From the NCBI GenBank assembly GCA_963739895.1, contig CAVUCR010000014.1, positions 164,367-228,366 of the forward strand: a DNA stretch of 64,000 nucleotides, written 5' to 3'. Below the pieces are notes generated by a model, which was given only the letters and a program-made list of their open reading frames with translations, was not told the origin of the DNA and ran no database searches. Positions within the stretch are counted from its first letter, which is position 1, and every line of letters begins with the position of its first letter. The stretch is from an uncultured Ignavibacteria bacterium. GTDB lineage: Bacteria > Bacteroidota > Ignavibacteria > Ignavibacteriales > Ignavibacteriaceae. This document shows, one piece after another, positions 43,342 through 54,018 of the stretch. Both the position numbers and the translations under genes were made by a program.

Positions 43342-44322
43342 TCACTTATTTACAAGTCTCTGCAGACTTTCATTATACCGGTTACCAATATTAGGATATT
43401 TCTTTATTAAATTGTCAATTGTCTCCAGGTCTTCTATAGTTAAATCAATATCAACTGCTTTTGAATTTTCTTCTAAATATTTTCTATGTTTAGTTCCGGG
43501 TATAGGTATAATATCATCACCTTGAGCGAGAAGCCAGGCTATTGATAGCTGTGCCGGCGTACAATTTTTTTGAGCTGCAAAATCTGCAAATTCTTCGGCA
43601 AGCTTCTTATTATTATGCCAGTGTTCATCATCAAACCTAGGAAGGCTACGCCGCATATCATTTATAGATAATTCATCTTTATTAATATTATTTGCTAAAA
43701 GTCCGCGTGCTATAGGACTGAATGGAATAAAAGTAACTTCCAGGCCGCGGCAGACAGGTAAAATTTGTTTCTCAATATCACGTGTTAATACCGAATATTC
43801 AGATTGAAGAGCTGCTATAGGATGAATCCTGCTTGCTTTACGCAGCGTATAAGGAGAAACCTCTGATAAACCTAAATAACGAACTTTACCTTCCTGCACC
43901 AATTTTGCCATAGCATTAATGGTTTCTTCTATGGGAACTTTAGGATTTATTCTATGCGCATAATAAAGATCAATAACTTCTATATTTAAACGCTTTAGGC
44001 TTCCTTCGACTGCTTCCTTTATATATTTAGGAGAATTATCAATAAAGAGATTTCCATCATTTTTCTTCCTGATTCCGAATTTTGTGGCTATAAAGATTTT
44101 ATCCCGGTTAGGAGTTAAAACGTTAGAAATTAATTCTTCATTATGATGAAGACCATAGAAATCAGAAGTATCCCAAAAATTTATTCCGAGTTCAAGAGCT
44201 AGGTTTAAAGTTGCTATAGATTCTCCATCATTTCGTTCCCCGTAAGATTGGCTCATTCCCATACAGCCCAATCCAATTGCTGATAATTTTTCCCCCGTGT
44301 TCCCAAGATTTCTATATTTCAT
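43342..44322 (-). CDS. Aldo/keto reductase family oxidoreductase
   Basis: [45 protein letters not shown]. Confidence 0.88.
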   Translation of the reverse strand: MKYRNLGNTGEKLSAIGLGCMGMSQSYGERNDGESIATLNLALELGINFWDTSDFYGLHHNEELISNVLTPNRDKIFIATKFGIRKKNDGNLFIDNSPKYIKEAVEGSLKRLNIEVIDLYYAHRINPKVPIEETINAMAKLVQEGKVRYLGLSEVSPYTLRKASRIHPIAALQSEYSVLTRDIEKQILPVCRGLEVTFIPFSPIARGLLANNINKDELSINDMRRSLPRFDDEHWHNNKKLAEEFADFAAQKNCTPAQLSIAWLLAQGDDIIPIPGTKHRKYLEENSKAVDIDLTIEDLETIDNLIKKYPNIGNRYNESLQRLVNK

Positions 44323-44709
44323 GACTATTTGAAATTTTTGTTATTAAATATTATTTCTAAGTGAATATATTAAACGCTGTATTTAAAATAATATTATATG
44401 TTTATTGAAGATTTGTTCTAAATCAAAAGCATAAATTATTTTATTAAAATTCGATAGAAAAATCAAAAATTGAGACTATGAATTTTCAAGAGATAAATAA
44501 AAGCATTAAAGGTACTAGCGACAAAGTTCCGGACTTAATTTCAAAATGAATTTTATTGATATAAACTTTTTCATTTTTCTACCGGCAGTTTTATCGTTTT
44601 AAAAAATTTCCTGCTTTGATTCTACGAAAATAAACGCCGCTTAAAAGCTTTTACTACTTAATTCATAAAACAATAAATATTTCAATAAAAATAAGTTGAG
44701 AGTAAAAAT

Positions 44710-45492
44710 TTATTCATAAAGATTTTTAATATCTGCCTTAGCAATTTCAATAAATAGTTCAGCTAATTTTTCAGTTACAGCCTTGAAATATTTTTCTCCT
44801 TTTTCTTTTGAACCATTTTTCGGATTACCAATTCCTGTATCAGCCGTGACCCGTGACCACTTTCTTTCAGTCCATGCCCAACCTTCACGTATTCCTTTAA
44901 TTTTGATTTTCTTTTCTTGCCCTTCCCCCGCATCCTTTAGGGGAAGAACGAGTTGCGGGGTAAGGTAGAGCAACAGGCTGGTTTCCATCTCATCGGCATG
45001 GTCACCCTCATTTTTAAAAAATTCTTTTTTATCTATTGATGTGTACCAATCGCAGGATGCTAAAAACATTTCGGGAAATTTTAATCCGAGTTCTCTTAAC
45101 ATTTGTTTGAAATTGTTACCGCCATGGCTGTTGACGATAAGAAATTTATGAATATCCTGACGGTTTAGCACTTCAATAATATCATTAAGAATCAACATCT
45201 GGGTACTGGGATATAAATTTATATCGAGAGTTATGTCATACTGCCCTGTATTAACACCAAAGGGAATAGGGGGCATTACAATAATTTTAGCTCCTTCCCC
45301 ATAAGCAACTTTTGCAGCCTCTGCCGTAATAAGTTCAGATTCAATTATATCGGTGCCATATGGTAAGTGATAATTGTGTGCCTCAGTAGCTCCCCACGGA
45401 AGTATAGCCAGATCAAATTTTTGATTTTTTATATTCTTCCAATGACTTTCTGCCAAGATATAAGGCCGCATTTCTTTCTCCATAAACATCAT
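44710..45492 (-). CDS. Creatininase-family metal-dependent amidohydrolase
   Basis: ILPWGATEAHNYHLPYGTD, VNSHGGN, GDHADEMETSLLL are the creatininase-fold metal-binding motifs. 19 nt downstream of nagB on the same strand. Confidence 0.75.
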   Translation of the reverse strand: MMFMEKEMRPYILAESHWKNIKNQKFDLAILPWGATEAHNYHLPYGTDIIESELITAEAAKVAYGEGAKIIVMPPIPFGVNTGQYDITLDINLYPSTQMLILNDIIEVLNRQDIHKFLIVNSHGGNNFKQMLRELGLKFPEMFLASCDWYTSIDKKEFFKNEGDHADEMETSLLLYLTPQLVLPLKDAGEGQEKKIKIKGIREGWAWTERKWSRVTADTGIGNPKNGSKEKGEKYFKAVTEKLAELFIEIAKADIKNLYE

Positions 45493-45511
45493 TTGTATTA
45501 TTCTGTATTAC

Positions 45512-46324
45512 TTATTTTAACAAAGTACCCGGATTAAGATGTTCTGCTTCAATATCTTTAAAGTAATTTACCGTACCGACTTTCAATTCATAAGTTGCCT
45601 GGTCATCACATACAATAATACCCTTTGGATGGAGCTGAAGCGCGCTGACTGTCCACATATGATTTACGCCTTCTTCAACCACTTTATTAAGTGCCCTGGC
45701 TTTACTTAATCCGCTTATAATAATAAGAACTTCTTCCGCATCTAACACGGTTTTTACTCCAACAGTTAAAGCAGTTTTAGGAACTTTACCTAGATCATTA
45801 TTAAAAAATCTTGAGTTTGCAATAACTGTATCCATAGTTAAAGTCTTTACCCTGGTCAACGATCCTAATGAAGAACCGGGTTCATTAAAAGCGATGTGCC
45901 CATCCGGCCCTATTCCTCCAACAAATAAATTGATCCCGCCGGCATCTTCAATTTTCTTTTCATAATCATCACATTCTTTTTCCAGGTTCTCTGCATTCCC
46001 ATTTAATATATTTACATATTTTTTATCTATATCGATATGGTTAAAAAGATGTTTCCACATAAAGGAATGATAACTTTCAGGATGATCTTCAGGAATTCCC
46101 ACATATTCATCCATGTTAAATGTCGTTACGTATTTAAAGGAAACCAGGCCCTTTTTATGCAAAGAAACTAATTCTTTATACATTCCAACAGGTGAAGAAC
46201 CAGTTGGCAATCCCAAAACAAAACGTTTCTTTTCATCCGGTTTAAATGAATTTATCTTGGCGGCAACATAATTTGCCGCCCACTTGGATACCAAGTCATA
46301 GTTAGTTTGAATTATAAGTCTCAT
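45512..46324 (-). CDS. nagB: Glucosamine-6-phosphate deaminase
   Basis: MRLII.., [39 protein letters not shown] ribosome-binding site. Confidence 0.92.
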   Translation of the reverse strand: MRLIIQTNYDLVSKWAANYVAAKINSFKPDEKKRFVLGLPTGSSPVGMYKELVSLHKKGLVSFKYVTTFNMDEYVGIPEDHPESYHSFMWKHLFNHIDIDKKYVNILNGNAENLEKECDDYEKKIEDAGGINLFVGGIGPDGHIAFNEPGSSLGSLTRVKTLTMDTVIANSRFFNNDLGKVPKTALTVGVKTVLDAEEVLIIISGLSKARALNKVVEEGVNHMWTVSALQLHPKGIIVCDDQATYELKVGTVNYFKDIEAEHLNPGTLLK

Positions 46325-46526
46325 AAATACTCCTGTATGTAAATTTTATTTTTTAATTCTCTGAGTTTAATTTCAAGGTGAAAGTTCAATTTAGGAAGTG
46401 ATGGGATTAGCTTATAACGTATAGTGTTTAGAGGGAAACCTGCAGTCATTTGAACCGTTGCTTTATTATTATACATATATTCTTATCCTTTTAGATAGAA
46501 ATATATTTTTGAAAATAAGTTTCTTA

Positions 46527-47693
46527 TCAGATATTCTCTTTTTGATAAACTATTTTACCATTGAGTAAAGTTAATTCTACCTCATAATCTTTATTAAGCA
46601 GAACAATATCGGCATCTTTGCCGACGGCAAGTATTCCTTTTTTATGATCTAGACCCAAAACTTTTATGCCGTTTAATGAGGCCATTCTTACTGCCTCAGT
46701 TATCCTCGCACCGGTTGCTTCCACCATATTTTTAACAGCTGAATTTAATGTTAGTGTACTCCCGGCAAGTGTACCATCTTCAAGATATGCTTTTTTCTCT
46801 TTCATAAATATTTTTTGATCTGCGAATTCATATTCACCTTCGTGCATTCCACCGGCACGAATCGAATCCGAAACTAAGATAATTCCACTTGCGCCTTTTA
46901 ATTTTAATAGCAGCTGCATTACAGCAGGATGCACATGAAGAGTATCGGCGATCAATTCAATTTTTAGTTCATTATGTAAAAGAGCGCCAAGGATAATACC
47001 CGGTGTACGGTGATGAAAAGACTGCATCGCGTTAAAGATGTGTGTAACATGTGCCGCACCATTGTCAATAGCATTTTCAACTTCATCATAACTGGCCATT
47101 GAATGCCCGATAGATAAGACTACCCCTTCTTTTGCGGCAGCCTGCATTACCTCGGCAGAACCATCAAGTTCAGGCGCAATGGTCATGATTTTAATATGCC
47201 CTTTTGAGGCTTCCCATATTTTATTCCACGATTCAGCGGTGGGTTTCCAGAGATAATTTTCATTCATTGCCCCTTTAAATTTTTTGTTTAAGTAGGGACC
47301 TTCCATGTGAATTCCCCGGATATTGGATTCAGGATGTTTTTCTATATAATCAGCTACCCTGGAGAGATCCCCAAGTAGCATCTCTTCAGGTTTAGCGAAG
47401 AGGGAGGCCAGCATTGTAGTGGAGCCATAACGCAAAAAATATGAACTAATTTTTTCTATGCTCCCAATTGAATTGTCTGCGAATCCAAAACCTGCTCCAC
47501 CGTGGACAAGCAAATCAGCGAAACCGGGGCATACTATTTTCCCGCTTACATCAATAAATCTACAGTTTTGTGTCTCCAATTTATCCGATGTTTTTTCAAG
47601 CCTGGAAATTTTGCCATCCTCGATTACTATTGTTCCATTGTTTATAGTCCTGAAGGGGGTAACAATATTCCCTCCGGTTAATGCTAATTTCAT
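46527..47693 (-). CDS. nagA: N-acetylglucosamine-6-phosphate deacetylase
   Basis: PGFADLLVHGGAGFGF, HMEGPYLN, IAPELDG, SIGHSMA, THIFNAM, HVHP, LVSDS. Confidence 0.9.
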   Translation of the reverse strand: MKLALTGGNIVTPFRTINNGTIVIEDGKISRLEKTSDKLETQNCRFIDVSGKIVCPGFADLLVHGGAGFGFADNSIGSIEKISSYFLRYGSTTMLASLFAKPEEMLLGDLSRVADYIEKHPESNIRGIHMEGPYLNKKFKGAMNENYLWKPTAESWNKIWEASKGHIKIMTIAPELDGSAEVMQAAAKEGVVLSIGHSMASYDEVENAIDNGAAHVTHIFNAMQSFHHRTPGIILGALLHNELKIELIADTLHVHPAVMQLLLKLKGASGIILVSDSIRAGGMHEGEYEFADQKIFMKEKKAYLEDGTLAGSTLTLNSAVKNMVEATGARITEAVRMASLNGIKVLGLDHKKGILAVGKDADIVLLNKDYEVELTLLNGKIVYQKENI

Positions 47694-47780
47694 CTCTTTT
47701 CCTATGATATTTATTTAGGTGAATTTCTTTTGGTTAAAATCTTGACAAATAATCAAAATTATTTTAAGTTCAGAAAGTAT

Positions 47781-47801
47781 TTTGTTGGTTTAAACAACAA
47801 A
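47781..47801. promoter_or_regulatory. Candidate operator in the divergent nagA / ROK-regulator promoter region
   Basis: TTTGTTG-GTTTAAA-CAACAAA is a 7-bp inverted repeat. It contains the 12-mer TTAAACAACAAA, which recurs upstream of the ROK kinase gene. Confidence 0.4.
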
Positions 47802-47841
47802 CTAAATCTAAACAATCCTCTTTATTTAGTCAACCGTAGAT

Positions 47842-49044
47842 ATGAAAACAAAAAATATTATTAGTGGTAATGCTTCGGTTTTGAGAAATATAAATAGGTC
47901 AATGATATTAAATTTAATTAGAAATGAACAACCGATCTCAAGAGCTAAATTAGCTCAATTAACTGGATTGAATAAAAGCACGGTATCAAGTATTGTAACA
48001 GTTTTATTAAAAGAAGATTTAATTTATGAAACGGCAAACGCCAATCAAAATATCGGGCGAAAGCCGATTGATTTATATCTTAAATTAGGGAAGAATTTAA
48101 TTGGTGCTTTTTCTATAGATGCTTCGCTCACGCGTTTTGCTATTGTTGATATTGACGGTTCTATTTTAACTACATCTTCCATTAGCACAGAACCGCAGGA
48201 CAGCACCAAATTTATCGAAAAATGTCTCGCTGAATTACGAAAATTAACGGATTATTTAAAAATAGATAACTTGAAAGGGTTAGGAGTAAGTGTAGCCGGT
48301 ATAGTTGATGCAGATAACCTTATTGTTAATTATGCCCCGAATCTTGGCTGGGAAGATTTTGATATCGGAAAAGTAATTAAGGATTTATGGCCTGGTTTGC
48401 AAATCTTAACTGTCGGGAATGATGCTAAATGTTCTGCACAAGCTGAGCTATGGTTTGGAAAACATCAAACGGAACTTTCAAATTTTGTCTTTCTTGAAAT
48501 TGGTCCTGGTATAGGGTCGGGAATCGTAGTCGAAAATAAAGTTCTTGACGGTGAATTCCATGCCTCCGGTGAAGTGGGGCATATGGTTATTTATGAGGGA
48601 GGTGAACTTTGTACCTGCGGAAATCACGGATGCTGGGAAAGATATGCATCGGATCGTGCAACTGTGAACAGGTATATTGTAAGAATATACAGGGAATCCG
48701 AACAAACGGGTAAAACTACAATCGATGAAATTATAGACCTGGCCGAAAAAGGGGATGAAATTGCAAGGGATGTTTTAGGTCAAACCGGGTATTACCTTGG
48801 GCTTGGAATATCAAACATTCTGAAAGCTATTGATCCTCAAGCATTTATTTTAGGAGGTAGAATAATACAAGCCTGGGATATTATTTATCCTGAAATAGAT
48901 AGGATTGTTAAGAAAAGAGCTTTTTACGGAGAGAAAAAAAATATTCTGATTTTACCCACTTCATTACAGGTTAAACCCAGGCTGTTAGGCGCCGCTACTT
49001 ATGCTATAAAAAAGATATTTGATGATTATAAAATTATGATCTAA
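47842..49044 (+). CDS. ROK-family transcriptional regulator (NagC/Mlc/XylR-like)
   Basis: N-terminal winged HTH (ISRAKLAQLTGLNKSTVSSIV). ROK sugar-binding domain with GEVGHM and the Cys motif CTCGNHGCWE. Confidence 0.85.
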   Translation: MKTKNIISGNASVLRNINRSMILNLIRNEQPISRAKLAQLTGLNKSTVSSIVTVLLKEDLIYETANANQNIGRKPIDLYLKLGKNLIGAFSIDASLTRFAIVDIDGSILTTSSISTEPQDSTKFIEKCLAELRKLTDYLKIDNLKGLGVSVAGIVDADNLIVNYAPNLGWEDFDIGKVIKDLWPGLQILTVGNDAKCSAQAELWFGKHQTELSNFVFLEIGPGIGSGIVVENKVLDGEFHASGEVGHMVIYEGGELCTCGNHGCWERYASDRATVNRYIVRIYRESEQTGKTTIDEIIDLAEKGDEIARDVLGQTGYYLGLGISNILKAIDPQAFILGGRIIQAWDIIYPEIDRIVKKRAFYGEKKNILILPTSLQVKPRLLGAATYAIKKIFDDYKIMI

Positions 49045-49068
49045 ATTCTTTTCTAAATTGATATTGGT

Positions 49069-49084
49069 TTTGTTAAACAACAAA
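49069..49084. promoter_or_regulatory. Candidate operator upstream of the ROK kinase gene
   Basis: TTTGTT-AAAC-AACAAA is an inverted repeat sharing TTAAACAACAAA with the site at 47781..47801. It ends 36 nt before the ATG, compared with 41 nt for the first site. Confidence 0.4.
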
Positions 49085-49119
49085 TTAACTGTTACAACTA
49101 TAATGATGAATTCTATATT

Positions 49120-50085
49120 ATGAAAAAAGAGGAAGTAATTATTGGTATTGATATCGGCGGCACCAATACAGCAATTGGACTAATTGATTCAAATAATAAT
49201 TTCCTGGTAGAAAAATCTATTGAAACTAATTCTTCTAACGGAGTTGAAATTTATATTGAACATTTATCTGATTATTTGAATGAATTATTTAAGGATTATT
49301 CAAGCTCGCATGCATTGAAAGGTATTGGATTAGCTGCACCGAATGCTAATTATAAAACTGGTTGTATTGAGAATTCCGTTAATCTTAAATGGAAGAAAGT
49401 AAACCTGGTAAAGCTGTTAAAAAAATATTTCGAGATTCCTATAACTTTGATTAATGATGCGAATGCCGCAGCATTAGGTGAACAAGCTGGTGGAAGTGCG
49501 AAAGGAATGAAAAATTTTATAGTTCTTACTTTAGGAACCGGTTTGGGAAGCGGCATTGTTGTAGATGGTAATCTTATTAATGGAGAAAACGGGCTGGCTG
49601 GGGAACTTGGTCACGTTGTGGTTAAACCGGATGGACGTAGATGCAATTGCGGGAGATCCGGGTGCCTGGAAACTTATATTTCTGCAAACGGAGTTAGAAG
49701 AACTGTTTTTGATTTAATTAGTCATTTTAATGAAGAAACTAAACTAAGGGATATAGGCTTTAATGATCTTACCAGTTTGTATATTGCTGAATTAGCACTT
49801 AAGGATGATCCGATTGCTAAAAAAGTATTTGAATTTACCGGCGAAATTTTAGGCAGGGCATTGTCTGATGTTGCAGCATGCTTTGATCCTGAGGCAATTA
49901 TTTTAGCAGGCGGTTTATCTGAATCGGGTGATCTGCTTTTAAATCCCACGAAATTCTATTTTGAAAAATATTTATTAAGTATTTATAAAAATAAAGTGAA
50001 AATATTAAAGTCATCCTTAAAAAATAGCAGGGCAGCGGTTTTAGGTGCCGGTCATTTTGTTTTGAAAGAAATAGAAAATCCCTAG
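49120..50085 (+). CDS. ROK-family sugar kinase (glucokinase / N-acetylglucosamine kinase)
   Basis: GIDIGGTNTA, NDANAAALGE, GTGLGSGIV, GELGH, CNCGRSGCLETY. No HTH. Confidence 0.85.
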   Translation: MKKEEVIIGIDIGGTNTAIGLIDSNNNFLVEKSIETNSSNGVEIYIEHLSDYLNELFKDYSSSHALKGIGLAAPNANYKTGCIENSVNLKWKKVNLVKLLKKYFEIPITLINDANAAALGEQAGGSAKGMKNFIVLTLGTGLGSGIVVDGNLINGENGLAGELGHVVVKPDGRRCNCGRSGCLETYISANGVRRTVFDLISHFNEETKLRDIGFNDLTSLYIAELALKDDPIAKKVFEFTGEILGRALSDVAACFDPEAIILAGGLSESGDLLLNPTKFYFEKYLLSIYKNKVKILKSSLKNSRAAVLGAGHFVLKEIENP

Positions 50086-50280
50086 AAATCTCAGGCATGT
50101 TTTACTAATAAAAAATAGGAAAGAGAGTAGAAAATTGGAGTTTACTCTACTAAAATGTCGTTTAAATATTAGGACAAATCTTAATAATCTGAAAAGCAGA
50201 ATACCTGTTAAAACTCAAAGGATTAATATTAAAAGGATTCCATTAAATAGATTTTTTTCTCATAATTTTTAAAATCAAAT

Positions 50281-52365
50281 ATGAAGTCATATTATAAAAA
50301 CTTTGTCAATTTATTATTTATTCTTTTTTTATCCCTGAATATTTATCCTCAGGATATTCATGAATTAAATTTAATGCCTTATCCTAAAGAAATTTCCTTC
50401 AAAGTAGGAGAACTCAGGATAGATAGGGATTTTGCAATTGAAGTTAAAGGGGCTCCGGGTATAAAAGTATATCAAGCAGCAACACGCTTTTTGAGAAGAT
50501 TAGATGAGAAAACAGGTACGTTTTTTAAACAAGGCTACGTTACACCGGATAGTACTCCGTCTGAAAGTAATGTTATAATAAAAGTTGGTAAACCGGGCAA
50601 AATAAAATTAGGAGAAGATGAATCCTACAAACTTACGGTAACGGTGAATAATATTTTAATAGATGCACCGACAGATTTAGGTGCCATTCATAGTTTGCAA
50701 ACACTTTTACAACTAGTTAGTACAGATACTAATGGTTATTATTTCCCTGCGGTGGAAATCAACGATTCTCCAAGATTTCCCTGGAGAGGATTAATGATAG
50801 ACGTTGCCCGCCATTTCATGCCTGTAAATGTTATTAAAAGGAATATAGATGGAATGGTTGCGGTTAAATTAAATGTTCTTCATTTACATTTGTCCGATGA
50901 CCAGGGATTTAGAGTTGAATGCAAGAGTTTCCCGAAGCTTCATGAAATGGGTTCCGACGGCAAATATTTCACACAGGTTCAAATAAAAGATATAATTAAA
51001 TATGCAAATGACAGGGGAATAAGAGTTTATCCTGAATTCGATATGCCCGGACACACAACATCCTGGTTTGTCGGGTATCCTCAATATGCAAGTTTACCTC
51101 CCGGTAAGGACGGCGCTCCTGATCATTATTCCGTTGAAAGAAGGTGGGGAGTATTTAACCCGACATTTAACCCAATGCTTGATAAAACATACGAGTTTCT
51201 TGATAAATTTTTTAAAGAGATGTCTTCACTTTTCCCGGATGAATATATCCATGTCGGCGGAGATGAAAACAATGGTGTTCAGTGGGATGATAGTAAGGAG
51301 ATTCAGAAATTCAAAGAAGTAAAAGGGTTTAAAGATAACGAGGAGCTTCAGGCATATTTCATTAGCAGGGTTCAAAAAATACTCTCAAAATATGGTAAGC
51401 AAATGATTGGTTGGGATGAAATTCTGCAAAAGAATATGCCCAAAGATGTGATTATTCAATCATGGAGAGGCACTGCTGCTCTTAAAAAATCTGCTATGCT
51501 TGGCTATAAAGGAATTCTCTCAAATGGTTATTATATAGATCTTATGCAGCCGGCATCATATCACTATCTAAATGATCCGCTTCCCGACAGTTTGAATCTA
51601 ACACCGGAAGAAAAATCAGAGATACTTGGCGGTGAAGCTACAATGTGGGCTGAGTGGATTACTGAGGAAAATATTGATTCAAGAATTTGGCCGAGAACGG
51701 CAGCTATAGCTGAAAGACTTTGGTCTCCGAAAGACATAAATAATGTTGATGATATGTATAAGCGTCTTGATCATGTTAGCCCTTTGATGGAAGAATATGG
51801 ATTAACGCATATTACTTATCAGTCAAAAATTCTAAGAATATTAACCAACGGTCAGCCCATAAAACCGTTAAAAATTCTAGTTGATGTAATTAAGCCGCTC
51901 GAAGGGTATGAGCGGAACAATTTTCAAAAGTACGGCGGCTATGAATATTTTCAATATTCTCCGCATACGTTGGTTGTGGATGCAGCAGTTGCTGATCCAA
52001 AACCGGCTAGAGATCTGAATAAATTAATCGGCAGATTTTTAAAAAATCAAAATCTGAAGGATGCGGAAAAAGTTAAAGAACATTTGAGTATACTGAAAGA
52101 TAACCATAAAGAACTTCGGCCAATCATTGATGAATCACCAATGTTGAAGGAAATTGAACCTTTATCGAAAAACCTGTCTGATCTTGCGGGAACAGGTTTA
52201 GAAGCCCTTAATTTTATTGAAAATCAAAATAGTGCTGATGCTGCATGGATAAATAAGGCAAGTATTGTACTGGATAATAGTCTTATTTCATATGGAAAAG
52301 TGCAAATAGCAATTATTAAAGGAATTAAAAATCTTGTTCAGGCAGTTAAACGAAAGAATAAATAG
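50281..52365 (+). CDS. Glycoside hydrolase family 20 beta-N-acetylhexosaminidase
   Basis: Signal peptide, PRFPWRGLMIDVARHF, LHLHLSDDQGFR, EFDMPGHT, IHVGGDE (catalytic D-E), GGEATMWAE. Confidence 0.9.
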   Translation: MKSYYKNFVNLLFILFLSLNIYPQDIHELNLMPYPKEISFKVGELRIDRDFAIEVKGAPGIKVYQAATRFLRRLDEKTGTFFKQGYVTPDSTPSESNVIIKVGKPGKIKLGEDESYKLTVTVNNILIDAPTDLGAIHSLQTLLQLVSTDTNGYYFPAVEINDSPRFPWRGLMIDVARHFMPVNVIKRNIDGMVAVKLNVLHLHLSDDQGFRVECKSFPKLHEMGSDGKYFTQVQIKDIIKYANDRGIRVYPEFDMPGHTTSWFVGYPQYASLPPGKDGAPDHYSVERRWGVFNPTFNPMLDKTYEFLDKFFKEMSSLFPDEYIHVGGDENNGVQWDDSKEIQKFKEVKGFKDNEELQAYFISRVQKILSKYGKQMIGWDEILQKNMPKDVIIQSWRGTAALKKSAMLGYKGILSNGYYIDLMQPASYHYLNDPLPDSLNLTPEEKSEILGGEATMWAEWITEENIDSRIWPRTAAIAERLWSPKDINNVDDMYKRLDHVSPLMEEYGLTHITYQSKILRILTNGQPIKPLKILVDVIKPLEGYERNNFQKYGGYEYFQYSPHTLVVDAAVADPKPARDLNKLIGRFLKNQNLKDAEKVKEHLSILKDNHKELRPIIDESPMLKEIEPLSKNLSDLAGTGLEALNFIENQNSADAAWINKASIVLDNSLISYGKVQIAIIKGIKNLVQAVKRKNK

Positions 52366-52417
52366 TCCCTGGTAATTTGAAGTCCTTTAATTCAAAAAAA
52401 TATTTTAGAGCCGACTT

Positions 52418-54000
52418 ATGATGATAAGAATAAAATACTTTTTATTTACACTATTATTTGTTTTAACTTCAATAACAGCTGCTCAGAAAAAAGAAATTGT
52501 TGCATATTATGCAGGACCACATAGAAATTATCGGGAAAACATTCTTAAAAATTTAGATAAAAATGGCTCGGCAGATAAAATAACGGTTCTCTGTTATGCT
52601 TTTGCATTTCCGCTCCCTGATTCATTTGGAAATATTATTCCAAAAATACAGGCATATCCTACTTACCAGGAAATCTATTCAAATGATATGAGCATTGATG
52701 GTATTGCTGATAGTCAGACACAATCTTTACGCGGAGTATTTAACCAGTTAAAAAAATTAAAAGCAAAACATCAAGATATTAAAATTGTTCTTTCAATAGG
52801 AGGCTGGGGAGGTTCAACTTATTTTTCAGATTTAGCACTTACTCCCGAATCCAGGAAAAGTTTGTTGATACATGCATTGATATGTACATCAAAGGGAATT
52901 TACCATTAGAAGACGGTGCAGGTGGAAAAGGTTCTGCAAAAGGAGTATTCGATGGATTTGATATTGATTGGGAGTTCCCCATTAGCGGTGGTCCTGAAGG
53001 AACTCACTATAATCCTAATGATAGAGAAAATATGTCCGCGCTTTTTGCCTTATATAGAAAGAAATTGGATGCAATTAATCCCAACTTACTTTTAACTGCG
53101 GCAATTTCCGGCAGAGTGTGGGAATTCTGGAAATATAATTTCAATGAAGATAAGAAAAACCTGAACTGGTTTAATGTTATGACTTACGATTTCCATGGAT
53201 TCGGAGATTCATTGTCGGGTCATAATACAAATCTATTAAGTTCACCTAATGATCCTGATACTCTTAAAGAATCTTATGATCATGCAATTAAATATTTATT
53301 GGATACTGCAGGAATAAGCGGTAGTAAGATTGTTCCCGGTGCAGCATTTTATGCACGGATATGGAAGAATATTGATTCCGTCAGTTTTGGACTTTACCAG
53401 CCTGTAAAATATAGCCCGGGTGCCGATCTATTTGGATATATGCATTATAATAGTTTTTCAGATCAGATAATTAATAATAAAAAATGTCATTGGGATGAGC
53501 TGGCTATGGCACCATGGTTATATGATCCTGATGATAAGACTTTCTGGAGTTTTGATGATACCCGCTCGATTGTATTAAAAGCTAATTATGTTGATGCATA
53601 TAATTTAAGAGGCTTAATGTTTTGGGCTGTCAATGGAGATGATACATCAGGTACATTGGTGAATACTATTTACGATAAAAAAATGATTGATTTTGCTGCT
53701 TTCACTCCAAAGATAAATAATAGTCTCCCATCAATTAAAATAATAGAACCGGGGAATACGGATAATATTGAAAAGGGCACAAATGTCAGAATAATTACGG
53801 ATGTTGAAGATAAAGACGGAACAGTAGTCAAGGTAGAATTTTTTGTCGATGGAAATTCTATAGGATATAATACAATTGCACCTTTTGACTGGGTCTGGTT
53901 TAATGCAGATGAAGGTAAACATCAAATAAAAGCTGCTGTCATTGATAATAACGGCGGTAAAACTAATTCTGCTCCTGTTGAAATCAACATAATTAAATAA
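52418..54000 (+). CDS. Glycoside hydrolase family 18 (chitinase / endo-beta-N-acetylglucosaminidase) with C-terminal Ig-like domain; frame broken once
   Basis: Signal peptide, SIGGWGGS, catalytic FDGFDIDWEFP (DxxDxDxE), MTYDFHG, GLMFWAVNGD. ORFs 52418..52909 and 52882..54000 join in the A run 52856-52859. Confidence 0.88.
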
Positions 54001-54018
54001 TAATATAAGACTTACAAC

